From Pseudomonadota bacterium (GTDB taxonomy: Bacteria > Desulfobacterota > Desulfobulbia > Desulfobulbales > JAGXFP01): a stretch of DNA of 44,048 bases. Each line of letters begins with the position of its first letter. Position 1 is the first letter of the stretch. The stretch covers positions 1-44,048 of the forward strand of contig JAHJAA010000031.1 in the NCBI GenBank assembly GCA_018814305.1, given 5' to 3'. Below the pieces are notes generated by a model. It saw only the letters and a program-made list of their open reading frames with translations, did not search any database and was not told the DNA's origin. The position numbers and the translations under genes were made by a program. Positions 27,407 to 37,205 of this stretch are shown here, piece after piece.

Positions 27407-30129
27407 AACCTTTGCCTGCCGATTGAATTGATCATTTCGCTGAGCTTGGGTAGATCCAGGGGCTTCGTTATAAAATAATCCGGGGGCCGGGATTGCTCTG
27501 GAAGATACCGCGCCTCATCAGGCTCCCCGGTGATGAGAATAACCGACATCAGGGGAAATCTTTCTTTTATTTGCTGCAGTACCTGCCAACCAGTGATGCC
27601 GGGCATGGCAATATCGCTTAAGACCAGATCGATCTCAGGGTGGTCCTCTAAAAAACCGAGGACCTCATGCCCGTTTTCCATGATTTCCATCGGCATCTTC
27701 TTCACGCCAATAAAAAATGATTTCAACAGACCCAACATCATCGGATCATCGTCGATACAGAGCATGGTCGGTCGTAATTCAAGCAGGCCTTGCCGCCGGT
27801 CAACCGGGAGGAAGACCGTAAACTTGGTTCCCAGACCGGGCCGTGACATTACCGCAATCCGACCATTATGCTCCTTGATCAGACCGTATGAGACGGAAAG
27901 CCCCAGGCCGGTGCCGCCATGATCACGCTTGGTGGTAAAGAATGGATCGAAAATATGGGGCACATCATCCGCTGAGATACCTCGTCCGTTATCTTCCAGC
28001 TCAATAAGAACGGCATGTAAGCGTTTGACATACCGGCTGCGAATAAAAATCACTCCACCCTCTTTACTGGGGATTGATTGAGCTGCATTCAAGATCAGAT
28101 TGGCGACGACCTGTTCCAGTTTCTGGTAATGACCGTAAAATTGTGGCAGTCCATCGGCCAATTCCATGGTGATACGGCCAACCAGCTTCCGGGCCTGGGC
28201 CCCGACAATGGCCAAGGAATCTTGAATGATATTGTTAATCTCGACCAGCTTATCGGGCACCGTCTCGTCCAATCGGGCAAAATCCTTAAGCTTTCCAACA
28301 ATGGTATTGATCCGGTCGGAGCCGGTCTTGATGGCGGCAATAATTTCTCCCATCTCGTCAGTCATTTCCGCCAAGGTAATATTGCCGGCCTTTTTCTCGG
28401 GGTGCTGCCGGCAAAATTCATTGATTATCGGTAAAAACGTCTCCCAGGACTCCTCCAGCAACGGAACATTATAGGTGATGAAACTATTGGGATTGTTGAT
28501 TTCATGGGCGACGCCGGCCACCACCTGGCCCAGTGAGGCGAGTTTATCCGCCTGGATTACCTGTTGGAGTCGCTGCTCCGACTCGAGCTGTAATTTTTTT
28601 TCCTCGGAAATGTCCTGCCAGGTCCCGGTGATATAGTACAATTCGCCCTTGGGACCTCGCCTTGCCCGAAGGTAGTTGGCAAACCAGGTGTAGGAACCAT
28701 CCGCCACCTGAAAACGGTATTCACCTTTCCATTCATCTTCCTTACGCAGTTTCTCAAGACAGGATATGGCCAGAGACCTGTCCTCCGGGAAGAGATGTTT
28801 TTCCCAGAACCGGGGATCCTGAAGAAATTGCTCAGGGGTATAACCGGTAATCTCCTTGACCACATTGCTCATATGGGAGAAGGGAAAATCAGGCTCAGCC
28901 GTTCTGGTAAAAGGGATAATCGGCAAGGAATCCAACAGGAGGTTCAACTGTTCGTTGGTCCGTGCCAACTCGGCCTGGACGAATTCGGCCTCACGGCTGT
29001 CTCGTCGTGATTGAATGCCGTACGAAAGATTGTTCGCCAGTTCCTCAAGCAAATCAATCGCTTCATCATCAAATTCACTGGGACTTCCGCCATGGATAAT
29101 CAAAGAGCCGACCGGCCCGGCCCTCAAGAATAAAGGAAGGATCAAAACCGAGCCACACCCCTGTTTTATCGCTTCCCCTCCCCAGGGAGGATGATCTGCG
29201 CCAAAAATTGTCATCAAATCCTGCACCAGCATCCGTTTGCCGGAAACTACGACCCGGCCCAGCGGATCATCGTCCACGGGAAAAGGCTCCTCCCAATTAT
29301 CCGGCACGGTCACGAGACAACTTTCTTCACCGTGAAGGGCCATGGGCTTTACTACCATAGGCTGACACTCAGGCATGGCATAAGCGATCCAGGCCATCCG
29401 ATATCCACCGATGGCCACCACCAGCCGACAGATATCGTGAAGAAGATCATCCTCGGTAGCGGCCCGGATCAAGGCTTCGTTCCCTTTGCTCACCACCTCC
29501 AGAGCTTTGCTGCGACGGCTCAGAGCCTCCTGGGCCCGCTTCCGCTCGGTAATATCGGTGGCAATCTCCAGACGGACCAAGCGGTTATCGACCCACTCAA
29601 TTGCCCGGTCAACAATGTGATACCAGCGATTATTGATCGTGTTGCAGAATTCCCAGACAAACTCGCCAGCAGGTTCTCCGTTTTCATCCAGTAGTTTATC
29701 ATTTGTGCAGAAGGAACAAGGACCATCCTGCCCATTTTGCAAGGTCTGCCAGCAGATGGTCCCTTCGATATCCCCAAAAATATCCCGGATGTATTGGTTG
29801 ACAAAGAGCAGTTCATGACTTTCCATGTCAGTCACATAGACTGCGGCATCCAGACTGTCGAGAATTTTCATAATTTTATGCTGGAAGACCATTGAGGTAC
29901 TCTCTCCTTGAATAATGCTCTGTATCGCGATCAGCAATTCTTGCATCCACATTTCATGATAGAGGGCAAAAGAGTAGGAGTCAAAGAGATGATGACATCT
30001 TGAAATCTGGGGTATACAGGTTTTGCGGAAAAGTGCCGCGGAACGGGTCATGGCCTGCCGTAACAGACCCGGGTGAGTAGATGGTTGTCGACGGATCTTT
30101 TCCAGGGCGTGCGCGTAAGCGTGAAGCAC
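27403..30129 (-). CDS. Hybrid sensor histidine kinase (Cys-rich PAS - GAF - PAS - HisKA - HATPase_c - C-terminal receiver)
   Basis: The H-box reads LGQVVAGVAHEINNP, the G-box reads HGGTGLGLSVS, and the C-terminal REC reads LCIDDDPMML...LVLSDIAMPGITG. The N-terminal PAS carries C-W-Q...GPCSFC. Confidence 0.85.
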   Translation of the reverse strand: MLHAYAHALEKIRRQPSTHPGLLRQAMTRSAALFRKTCIPQISRCHHLFDSYSFALYHEMWMQELLIAIQSIIQGESTSMVFQHKIMKILDSLDAAVYVTDMESHELLFVNQYIRDIFGDIEGTICWQTLQNGQDGPCSFCTNDKLLDENGEPAGEFVWEFCNTINNRWYHIVDRAIEWVDNRLVRLEIATDITERKRAQEALSRRSKALEVVSKGNEALIRAATEDDLLHDICRLVVAIGGYRMAWIAYAMPECQPMVVKPMALHGEESCLVTVPDNWEEPFPVDDDPLGRVVVSGKRMLVQDLMTIFGADHPPWGGEAIKQGCGSVLILPLFLRAGPVGSLIIHGGSPSEFDDEAIDLLEELANNLSYGIQSRRDSREAEFVQAELARTNEQLNLLLDSLPIIPFTRTAEPDFPFSHMSNVVKEITGYTPEQFLQDPRFWEKHLFPEDRSLAISCLEKLRKEDEWKGEYRFQVADGSYTWFANYLRARRGPKGELYYITGTWQDISEEKKLQLESEQRLQQVIQADKLASLGQVVAGVAHEINNPNSFITYNVPLLEESWETFLPIINEFCRQHPEKKAGNITLAEMTDEMGEIIAAIKTGSDRINTIVGKLKDFARLDETVPDKLVEINNIIQDSLAIVGAQARKLVGRITMELADGLPQFYGHYQKLEQVVANLILNAAQSIPSKEGGVIFIRSRYVKRLHAVLIELEDNGRGISADDVPHIFDPFFTTKRDHGGTGLGLSVSYGLIKEHNGRIAVMSRPGLGTKFTVFLPVDRRQGLLELRPTMLCIDDDPMMLGLLKSFFIGVKKMPMEIMENGHEVLGFLEDHPEIDLVLSDIAMPGITGWQVLQQIKERFPLMSVILITGEPDEARYLPEQSRPPDYFITKPLDLPKLSEMINSIGRQRL

Positions 30130-30422
30130 AGGACACGCCCAAATGGCGCTAAGTTTAGCATATTCTGCAAAATATTTGCTCAGGATAGAGAATCCCTCTT
30201 ATTTTAGTCCTCGGCGAGTCCATCAACCGAGACTTATACCTCCTATATTTCACCAGCGCTTTTCCGCTGCGCCCCCCTTTTTCACGGTTTACCCTCGTCG
30301 ATCTTTCCCGCCAAAAGCTTGATCTCTAATACCCTAAGATATATATTGTCGGTTCCGACTTGAATAAAGCCGCTAAACTTGATTTATAGAACCCTTTTGA
30401 ACTTTTATTATTAAGCAGGTTC

Positions 30423-30887
30423 ATGCCATTGAGACCGTTCCTCAACATATTTTCCCACCTGATCGCTGTATTGCTTGTTTTTCAGGGCAGCATTGCTTAC
30501 GCGCTCCCCGAAAGCATTCATCTGAATGTATGCTTTAGCTCTGATGGGAGAATCAACCTTACCCCGGATCTCTGCCACACTGATCCATCGAAGCAACAGA
30601 TCGGTCGACCGGACCTTTTTATTTCGCTCAATGAGTCCCATGTCGACTGCCTTGACTTGGAAATCGGCTGCCTTTCGGGGGGGGAACTGCGCCCAACCAG
30701 TTCAGTAAAATGTCCACTTAAAGCAAGGATCAAAAAAAGCACCCGAGCCGGCTTGGCAGCTTCACCTGACTTCTTGTCTGCAAGCAGGATACTTCCACCA
30801 TCAACTCAGACGCAAACCGCAAGAACCAACCAGATATTCCCGTCCTCACTTCTCTCTTTCCTTCGGACCATAGTGCTCCTGATCTGA
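30423..30887 (+). CDS. Hypothetical small secreted protein (predicted signal peptide, Cys-containing)
   Basis: The ORF sits in an otherwise empty 900-bp intergenic region. It has an N-terminal hydrophobic signal-like segment (LIAVLLVFQGSIAYA|LPE). The RBS is weak and no homology is recognised. Confidence 0.3.
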   Translation: MPLRPFLNIFSHLIAVLLVFQGSIAYALPESIHLNVCFSSDGRINLTPDLCHTDPSKQQIGRPDLFISLNESHVDCLDLEIGCLSGGELRPTSSVKCPLKARIKKSTRAGLAASPDFLSASRILPPSTQTQTARTNQIFPSSLLSFLRTIVLLI

Positions 30888-31039
30888 TACGCCCCTCAAG
30901 TTCTCGCTTTCAACCCCAATAAATTAAGTGCAGGACAGCTATAAAGATCCATTGGCTAACCTTTTCCGTCCGGTATGCGCTTAAAATGTTTCGAAAAATC
31001 AAACCATTAAACTCATAACTCGTTTTGGAGCGATACATT

Positions 31040-31477
31040 ATGCACCAATCGGATAAAGCATCAGACCCGAACTGGGTCCTGCTCTTTGCCTGCTGGCTTA
31101 TAGCCACTGTTTCGACTCTGGGAAGCCTGTTCTTTAGTTATGTCATGGAATTCGCCCCATGTGTTTTATGCTGGTACCAGAGGATATTCCTTTTCCCTCT
31201 AGTCATCATCCTGACCAGGGGGTTGTTCCCCTTTGACAGAAGTGTTGTGAAATTTGCCATTCCACTCGCCATTCTCGGTTGGCTGACGGCTGTCTATCAT
31301 AATCTGCTGTTTTCAGGGATCATCCCTGAAAAAATTCAGCCTTGCAGCCAAGGGGTATCATGCACTGAAGAGTACATTGATCTCTTCGGGTTCCTCTCCA
31401 TTCCGATGCTTTCACTCCTTTCATTGACACTTATAACTGCCCTATTAATTTTGCTGCACAGGAGGATATCCAAATGA
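31040..31477 (+). CDS. dsbB: Disulfide bond formation protein B (DsbB/BdbC family)
   Basis: The first Cys pair lies in FAPCVLCWYQRIF, with four TM helices. The second Cys pair lies in QPCSQGVSCTEEY. The ATG at 31040 is preferred (GGAG 10 nt upstream); the track start at 31025 is TTG. Confidence 0.8.
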   Translation: MHQSDKASDPNWVLLFACWLIATVSTLGSLFFSYVMEFAPCVLCWYQRIFLFPLVIILTRGLFPFDRSVVKFAIPLAILGWLTAVYHNLLFSGIIPEKIQPCSQGVSCTEEYIDLFGFLSIPMLSLLSLTLITALLILLHRRISK

Positions 31478-32130
31478 AACAGCAGCTGATCTTCGGAGTA
31501 ACAAGTGTTGCGTTACTCTTAGCCTTTATGTCCGCAAGTTTTTACTACAAAGACCAACAGACCAAAAAATTCGGCTTTATGGCCGCTGAGAGCGCTGAAA
31601 CCTTTATCAGGGATTATTCCCAGTCACTTGGCAGTGAGGAAGCGAAAGTATATCTGATCGAATTCATGGATCCAGCCTGTGAAACCTGCGCCTCCTTCTC
31701 TCCGTTCGTCAAAAAAATAATGAACGCCTATCCCGGCAAGATCAAATTGGTTTTACGATATGCCCCCTTTCATGATGGTGCCGATTACTTTGTGAAGATC
31801 CTGGAAGCCGCAAAAAAACAAGGGAAGTACTGGGAAACTCTTGAGGTGATGTATACGTCGCAACCACACTGGGCCAGTCATCATAATCCCCAACCCCAAA
31901 AAATCTGGCAATTTTTACCCCAAGCGGGTCTCGATCTTGCTCAGTTGGAAAAAGATATGAATGATCCGAAGATCGTAAAAATCATTGAACAGGATCTTGC
32001 CGATGCCAAAAAATTGAACGTCCGCAAAACACCAGGATTTTTTGTTAATGGGAAACCGCTCCAGACCTTTGGCTCCCAACAATTACTGGACTTGATTCGA
32101 TCTGAGTTGCAGGCGAATTATCCCAACTGA
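31474..32130 (+). CDS. dsbA: DsbA/BdbD-like thiol:disulfide oxidoreductase (thioredoxin fold, CxxC = CETC), signal-anchored
   Basis: A signal/TM segment is followed by DPACETCASF and a DsbA-like helical insertion. Its start overlaps the dsbB stop (ATGA). Confidence 0.75.
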   Translation: MKQQLIFGVTSVALLLAFMSASFYYKDQQTKKFGFMAAESAETFIRDYSQSLGSEEAKVYLIEFMDPACETCASFSPFVKKIMNAYPGKIKLVLRYAPFHDGADYFVKILEAAKKQGKYWETLEVMYTSQPHWASHHNPQPQKIWQFLPQAGLDLAQLEKDMNDPKIVKIIEQDLADAKKLNVRKTPGFFVNGKPLQTFGSQQLLDLIRSELQANYPN

Positions 32131-32169
32131 TCTTAAACTGAAAGGTTCAGAAAGAAAGAGGAACTCCAC

Positions 32170-32679
32170 ATGATGAAAAAGCTTTCACTTATCTTGCTCT
32201 TCTGTATCCCCCTGTTCATTGCTGCCTGCGGCAAGGAACCCAAAATAGCCACAGTGGGGGAACCCGCCCCCGATTTTACTCTTGTTGATGTGCAGGGCAA
32301 AACCTGGACCCTCTCCCAGCTTAAGGGCCAGGTGATATTTATTAATTTTTGGGCAACCTGGTGTCCACCCTGCCGTGAAGAGATGCCGTCAATGCAAAGG
32401 CTGCTCACCAAGATGCCCACAGATAAATTTAAAATGCTTGCTGTCCTCCATAAAGATACATCGGAAGCTGCAGATCAATTTGCGAAAAAACTGAATCTGA
32501 CAATACCGATCCTGCTCGACCCGAACAACCAAACCGGGTCAAAGTATGGTCTCACCGGAGTACCTGAAACCTACATCGTTGACAAACAGGGGGTCCTTCG
32601 AGAAAAGGTGATCGGGCCGGCCCAGTGGGATTCGCAAAATATTCAGAAGGTACTAATGGGTTACATTAACCAGCAGTGA
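32170..32679 (+). CDS. TlpA/ResA-like periplasmic thiol-disulfide oxidoreductase lipoprotein (redoxin family)
   Basis: Lipobox FIAA|C. The thioredoxin active site is FINFWATWCPPCREEMP. AGAGGA RBS. Confidence 0.8.
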   Translation: MMKKLSLILLFCIPLFIAACGKEPKIATVGEPAPDFTLVDVQGKTWTLSQLKGQVIFINFWATWCPPCREEMPSMQRLLTKMPTDKFKMLAVLHKDTSEAADQFAKKLNLTIPILLDPNNQTGSKYGLTGVPETYIVDKQGVLREKVIGPAQWDSQNIQKVLMGYINQQ

Positions 32680-33049
32680 CTCATTCCGGCCTTCTCAACT
32701 GTTGGCAAGAAGGGAAGTCAACGTTGCCCCACTGGGTGTGGGTTTAAGGGAAGTAGCTGTTCTCAATCAAGAAAACTTTCCCCGGAATTCTACGTACCAA
32801 GGTCGCCCCGAGTGGGCGGCCTTGGTTATTGGTGTTTGGTGGAGACGCAACCCCGAAGAAATGGATAATAACGTTGAAAAGATAGTTAGGTAGAGGTAAT
32901 AAGAGGATAGGCCGGGCGAAAATAGTGGTCCGGCTCTTCCGAAAATCCACCAAAAGTCAAAAGCGGACTTGCCAGCTTTTCCTTGTTCTGTTTTTTACCA
33001 TAACCATCATCAATAGATACTTTGGTAACTGTATACGTGAGATGAGCTT

Positions 33050-35524
33050 TTGAAACTGACCCTTTCTTTGACCAAAAAATATCTTTTATTGAGTCTGGCC
33101 ATCTTATTATTTATCTTCGGCCTGGTATTTTCCTCTTTTGTCCTGACCGAAAACATAAAAGGCGAGAGCCAGAAAATAAATTTGGCCAGTCGCCAGCACC
33201 TGCAACTGATGCGCATCTCATCTCTGGTGCATTTTTTTGTCAATCCCAGCCCATTGAAAGTCGGAATGAGTGGTCCCGACTCGGTCCAGAAAATACAAAA
33301 GGAAGCACAGGTATACGAAACCGTGCTCTACGGACTTAAGGATGGGGACCCAGCCTTGGGGCTCACCCCCATTGCCTTGCATGATCCGGATTCCTTAGTC
33401 CAACTGGATCTGGTCATCAAACATTGGAACAAATCACAAAAACCAATTTTACAAAAAATATTAATCACCCCTGTCTCAGAGCGGCAGGAACTGTGTAATC
33501 CCTGCCATAGCGCCTTCAGGGAACATATCAATGAGATTGAACTGTTGGCCAGCACCATGAGTAACAACTACAATCAACACCTGAAATCTTTTAGCCGGTT
33601 CAGATTTTTTGCCCTGCTTTTCTTCCCGATATTACTGCTCGGCATAACCTGGTTCATCCGCCGAAAACTCATTCTGCCGGTTAAGAAATTAAAAGAAGCC
33701 ACCGATTTGATCGAGCAGGGAGATTTCGAAGTCAGGTTACCAGTGCTCAGCAGTGACGAGATCGGCTATCTGACCATGTCCCATAATCGCATGGCAGAAA
33801 AACTAAAATTATTATTCCAGGAAAAAGAAGACAACCTGAATCAGCTTACGTTTTTTAATCAGGAGATACTGGCCCGAGAAAGCGATCTGAAAAGCTCTAT
33901 CCAGAACCAGGGAATAGTAAATGCCATCCTGCAGATATCCTTGAGTCCGATCTCTCTGGTTAACCAACTACAGCTTGCCTTACCAGTAATTCTGTCAATC
34001 GGGCGCGTCGAATTATTATCGAGCGGAGTTATATTCTTAGCCAGTGAGAACGCTGATGAGCTACAGATGGCTGCCTTCCACGGCATCGGCAAAACAAAGG
34101 CGGCAGCCTGTCGTCGAGTACCTTTTGGCGTCTGCCACTGTGGTCGTGCCGCTGCCAAAGGTGAAATTCAATTTGCGTCATGCGTTGACCATAAACACGA
34201 GATCGATTGCTTCGAACGTGACCCCCACGGCCATTATTGCGTCCCGATTATATCTGGGAATAAACTTTTAGGCGTGATCTGTGTTTACGTCGAAGAAGGG
34301 CATGAACGAAAGGCGGAAGAAGAAGAAATTCTGCTGACCATTACCAATATCCTGGCGGGCATCATTGAACGTAAAAAGATGGAAGAGCAGTTGGTTCAAT
34401 TGGTTCATGACCTGCAATTAAGCATAAAAAATTTAGACGATGAGAAAATATTTACTGAATCGGTCATCCGCAGTCTAAGCACCGGTTTGATGGTCCTCGA
34501 CCTGGAAGGCAGGATTATTGCTGCCAACCCAAACGGAGACCTTATTCTCAATCAATTTGAACCGGAACCGATTGGCAAAGAACTGGTCTCCGTCCTGGGT
34601 GACTCTGCAGTACAAGCAATGACTGGTATCCACGACGAGGTATCACACGTATCAGCTGAAATCACCCTCCCTTCTCGCAAGGGCACTGAAAGAACCTTGG
34701 GCTTTACCGCCACCAACCGCAAAGACGCGGTAGGAAACAGGGTGGGGATCATCATCTCCTTCAACGACATAACGGAAGACAAGTACTTTCGAAAAGAAAT
34801 AGAAAACATGAACCGGCTCAGCACGGTGGCCGAAATTGCCTCTGCCGTGGCCCATGAGGTTAGAAATCCCCTGGCTGGGATTAAAACCATGGCCCAGGCC
34901 ATTGACGAACATTTGAGCGAAAATGACGACAAGAAGGAATACATAATCCGAATAATCCGACAGATTGACCGCCTGAACATTCTCCTTACCAATTTTTTCT
35001 CCTATGCCAGACCGGCGGAACCCAAAAAAGTTCAGACCTCCCTGCAGGATATAATAAGCGAAACCAAGCCCCTGATCAGCAGCAGACTGTACAAGAAGGG
35101 CATTAAACTTAAGGAACAATATGAAGAGGACCTGCCCCTGGTCAATGTCGACCCCAACCAGATCCAGCAGGTATTCCTGAACCTGATGTTGAATTCAATT
35201 GAAGCATTCAAACAAAGCGGCGTTATTGAAATAATCGCTGAAAAATTTGATGCCACCAAAAAAGAAATATACTCCCTCACATATCCTGAGTTGAAAGATA
35301 GTAGCAACTACGTGTTAGTTCACTTTCGAGATACCGGCCCAGGGTTGGACGATACAATAGCCGAAAAAATATTTGAACCTTTCTTCACCACCAAACATAC
35401 CGGTTCCGGATTGGGACTGTCCATCGTCTACCGAATACTGAAAGAGAACAACGCAATCATCCATCTTGACCGTAGTGTAAAAGAAGGTACTGCCTTTATG
35501 ATGATTTTCGAAACAGGGAAATAA
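33050..35524 (+). CDS. Membrane sensor histidine kinase (periplasmic CXXCH-containing domain - TM - HAMP - GAF - PAS - HisKA - HATPase_c)
   Basis: The H-box reads AVAHEVRNPLAGI, the G-boxes are FRDTGPGL / GSGLGLSIV, and HAMP follows TM2. The periplasmic domain between TM1 and TM2 carries CNPCH (nt 33494-33508). The start is TTG at 33050, with no in-frame ATG before the first TM helix. Confidence 0.85.
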   Translation: MKLTLSLTKKYLLLSLAILLFIFGLVFSSFVLTENIKGESQKINLASRQHLQLMRISSLVHFFVNPSPLKVGMSGPDSVQKIQKEAQVYETVLYGLKDGDPALGLTPIALHDPDSLVQLDLVIKHWNKSQKPILQKILITPVSERQELCNPCHSAFREHINEIELLASTMSNNYNQHLKSFSRFRFFALLFFPILLLGITWFIRRKLILPVKKLKEATDLIEQGDFEVRLPVLSSDEIGYLTMSHNRMAEKLKLLFQEKEDNLNQLTFFNQEILARESDLKSSIQNQGIVNAILQISLSPISLVNQLQLALPVILSIGRVELLSSGVIFLASENADELQMAAFHGIGKTKAAACRRVPFGVCHCGRAAAKGEIQFASCVDHKHEIDCFERDPHGHYCVPIISGNKLLGVICVYVEEGHERKAEEEEILLTITNILAGIIERKKMEEQLVQLVHDLQLSIKNLDDEKIFTESVIRSLSTGLMVLDLEGRIIAANPNGDLILNQFEPEPIGKELVSVLGDSAVQAMTGIHDEVSHVSAEITLPSRKGTERTLGFTATNRKDAVGNRVGIIISFNDITEDKYFRKEIENMNRLSTVAEIASAVAHEVRNPLAGIKTMAQAIDEHLSENDDKKEYIIRIIRQIDRLNILLTNFFSYARPAEPKKVQTSLQDIISETKPLISSRLYKKGIKLKEQYEEDLPLVNVDPNQIQQVFLNLMLNSIEAFKQSGVIEIIAEKFDATKKEIYSLTYPELKDSSNYVLVHFRDTGPGLDDTIAEKIFEPFFTTKHTGSGLGLSIVYRILKENNAIIHLDRSVKEGTAFMMIFETGK

Positions 35525-35819
35525 CGAGAACGGATCTGATCGTCAATGATTCAGCGCTGAAGGGCTGCGAATAAGAAGGAACCCTTTATACATTTTAAAG
35601 ATCCCGAGCCCGACCAGTCCTGGCTGGCTAAACCAATGGTGAGGAGATGGTTTTATTAATTGGTTGAGGAAGTCGGTCAGGAAACCTGTCACGATCGAGC
35701 TTGACTTTTTGGCTTCATAGCCCCAAGAATAGCAATATGTCAAGCCTGTCTCTTTGAAGATATCCTGTATTAACTGAAGTATATTCTTAATAATTCCAGT
35801 CAAACCTTTAGGGCTCACT

Positions 35820-36137
35820 ATGAAAAAAACGTTTAAATTGACCCACCCAAAGATCAAACTGCCCAGACTTGTTGAAGCCATCAAATATGAAGTGAAAAAA
35901 TATATCCAAAGAGAACGCAGAAAGACTCTCCCCCCAGAAGTCGATTTTTGGGATTTTGACTGCCGGTTCGGTGATAATGAAGCAAGTAGTGAAGTTATTC
36001 ATGTGTCCGCCATAAATAAATCCATATCCCTGGCCGAATCAAAGCAGCTCGAATCCTTTTATTTGGAAATTCTGGCCAAACCAGGCCGTCGAAGCAAGAA
36101 ACCCACTGACGAACCAGAAATGAACGAGGAAGATTGA
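35820..36137 (+). CDS. Hypothetical small basic/acidic protein
   Basis: The 105-aa ORF has a non-repetitive, charged composition (MKKTFKLTHPKIKLPRLVEAIKYEVKKYIQRERRK...). It is in the same orientation as the downstream genes. It competes with an overlapping minus-strand ORF of poorer composition. Confidence 0.4.
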   Translation: MKKTFKLTHPKIKLPRLVEAIKYEVKKYIQRERRKTLPPEVDFWDFDCRFGDNEASSEVIHVSAINKSISLAESKQLESFYLEILAKPGRRSKKPTDEPEMNEED

Positions 36138-36205
36138 GTTACTACCACTACCAACTTGAAAGTGATTCAGCAGGATGGCTATAAATTTTATTTCAGGACA
36201 CTATT

Positions 36206-36676
36206 GTGAATAATAACGATGTGTTACGTGGAATCCGCTTCACCTTCAACTTGAGTGATTCAAAAATGATTTCAATATTTAGCCAGGCTGATCACCAGGT
36301 GACGCGCGCGGAGATATGTGATTGGTTAAAAAAAGAGGATGATCCTGCCTTTCAGAAATGTAGTGACCCTCTCCTGGCGATTTTCCTGAACGGTCTGATT
36401 ATCGAGAAACGAGGGAAAAAAGAAGGGCCGCAACCCGAACCAGAGCAAAAATTAACGAACAATATGGTTTTCCTGAAATTAAAAATTGCCCTAAACCTGA
36501 AAGCCGAAGACGTCTTGGAGCTTATGGAGATGGCTGGTTTTCCCATGAGTAAACACGAACTAAGTGCGTTTTCACGTAAGCCAGGCAACAAACACTATCG
36601 TGAATGTAAAGATCAGATCTTACGTTATTTTCTTAAAGGGATGCAACGTAAGTATCGCCCTGATCCCAAAGGATAA
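36206..36676 (+). CDS. DUF1456 (YehS-like) family protein
   Basis: The protein has two ~70-aa repeats, each opening with NNDVLRGIRFTFNLSD / NNMVFLKLKIALNLKAEDVLELME. It also carries the family-typical W-L-K-K-E-D-D and FLNGLIIEKRGKKEG segments. Confidence 0.55.
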   Translation: MNNNDVLRGIRFTFNLSDSKMISIFSQADHQVTRAEICDWLKKEDDPAFQKCSDPLLAIFLNGLIIEKRGKKEGPQPEPEQKLTNNMVFLKLKIALNLKAEDVLELMEMAGFPMSKHELSAFSRKPGNKHYRECKDQILRYFLKGMQRKYRPDPKG

Positions 36677-36861
36677 CTATAGAATAAAAAAGTGCTTACC
36701 CCTTTACGTGAGATGAAGAAGGAAACCAATATCGGAATAAAAGGGGGCAAATTGAGATCCCCCTTGGGAAAACGATGCTTCTATCGCCTTCTTTGATTCA
36801 TTGCGCAGATTCAAGTTCGAAGTGCAACTTCCTGAGACTATTAAAAATAGTCGAATATACC

Positions 36862-36890
36862 TTGACTTACGATGGATACCCCTATACAAT
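36862..36890 (+). promoter_or_regulatory. σ70-like promoter TTGACT-N17-TACAAT heading a ~315-nt leader of the nucleotidyltransferase operon
   Basis: ttgact lies at 36862-36867, a 17-nt spacer follows, and tacaat lies at 36885-36890. Confidence 0.4.
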
Positions 36891-36984
36891 TAGTTTTCCC
36901 TGATCTAAAAGTGGCTTTCCGATTCTTCTCGTAATTGAATCATCTTTTCACCACTTTCTTCTTACGTTTGTCCCACCACCAGTC

Positions 36985-37134
36985 TTTATGCCCTTCAGCT
37001 AGATTCCTTTGTCAATCGGCAGAAAATAATAGCTAAATCATAAAACTGCACCACGTTGTTATCATATTGCTCTAGGTCGTCTAGCACATTCTCTATGCCC
37101 TTCCTTTGGATTCTTTGCTCCAATCGGCAGAACG
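36985..37134 (+). repeat. Two ~42-nt imperfect direct repeats in the operon leader (ct-t-tatgcccttc...gattc-tttg-caatcggcagaa)
   Basis: Copy 1 is ctttatgcccttcagctagattcctttgtcaatcggcagaa (36985-37025). Copy 2 is ctctatgcccttcctttggattctttgctccaatcggcagaa (37091-37132). The segment is non-coding in all frames. Confidence 0.45.
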
Positions 37135-37205
37135 CCCTAACACCTAAGCTGTGCCGTGTTGTTTCCTTTTCATGGTCTGGTTTTTTTAATTCGGAGGAAC
37201 AATAC

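Noticed and set aside
35543-35884. 113-aa ORF on - strand
   Set aside because: It overlaps the more protein-like + strand ORF 35820-36137. It has poor composition and no RBS, and it is opposite in orientation to the flanking genes.
37056-37205. N-terminal extension of the nucleotidyltransferase ORF proposed by the ORF track
   Set aside because: The extension is Cys/Ser-rich junk with no RBS. A GGAGG RBS sits perfectly before the ATG at 37206, which yields the canonical G-x-G-T-R N-terminus.
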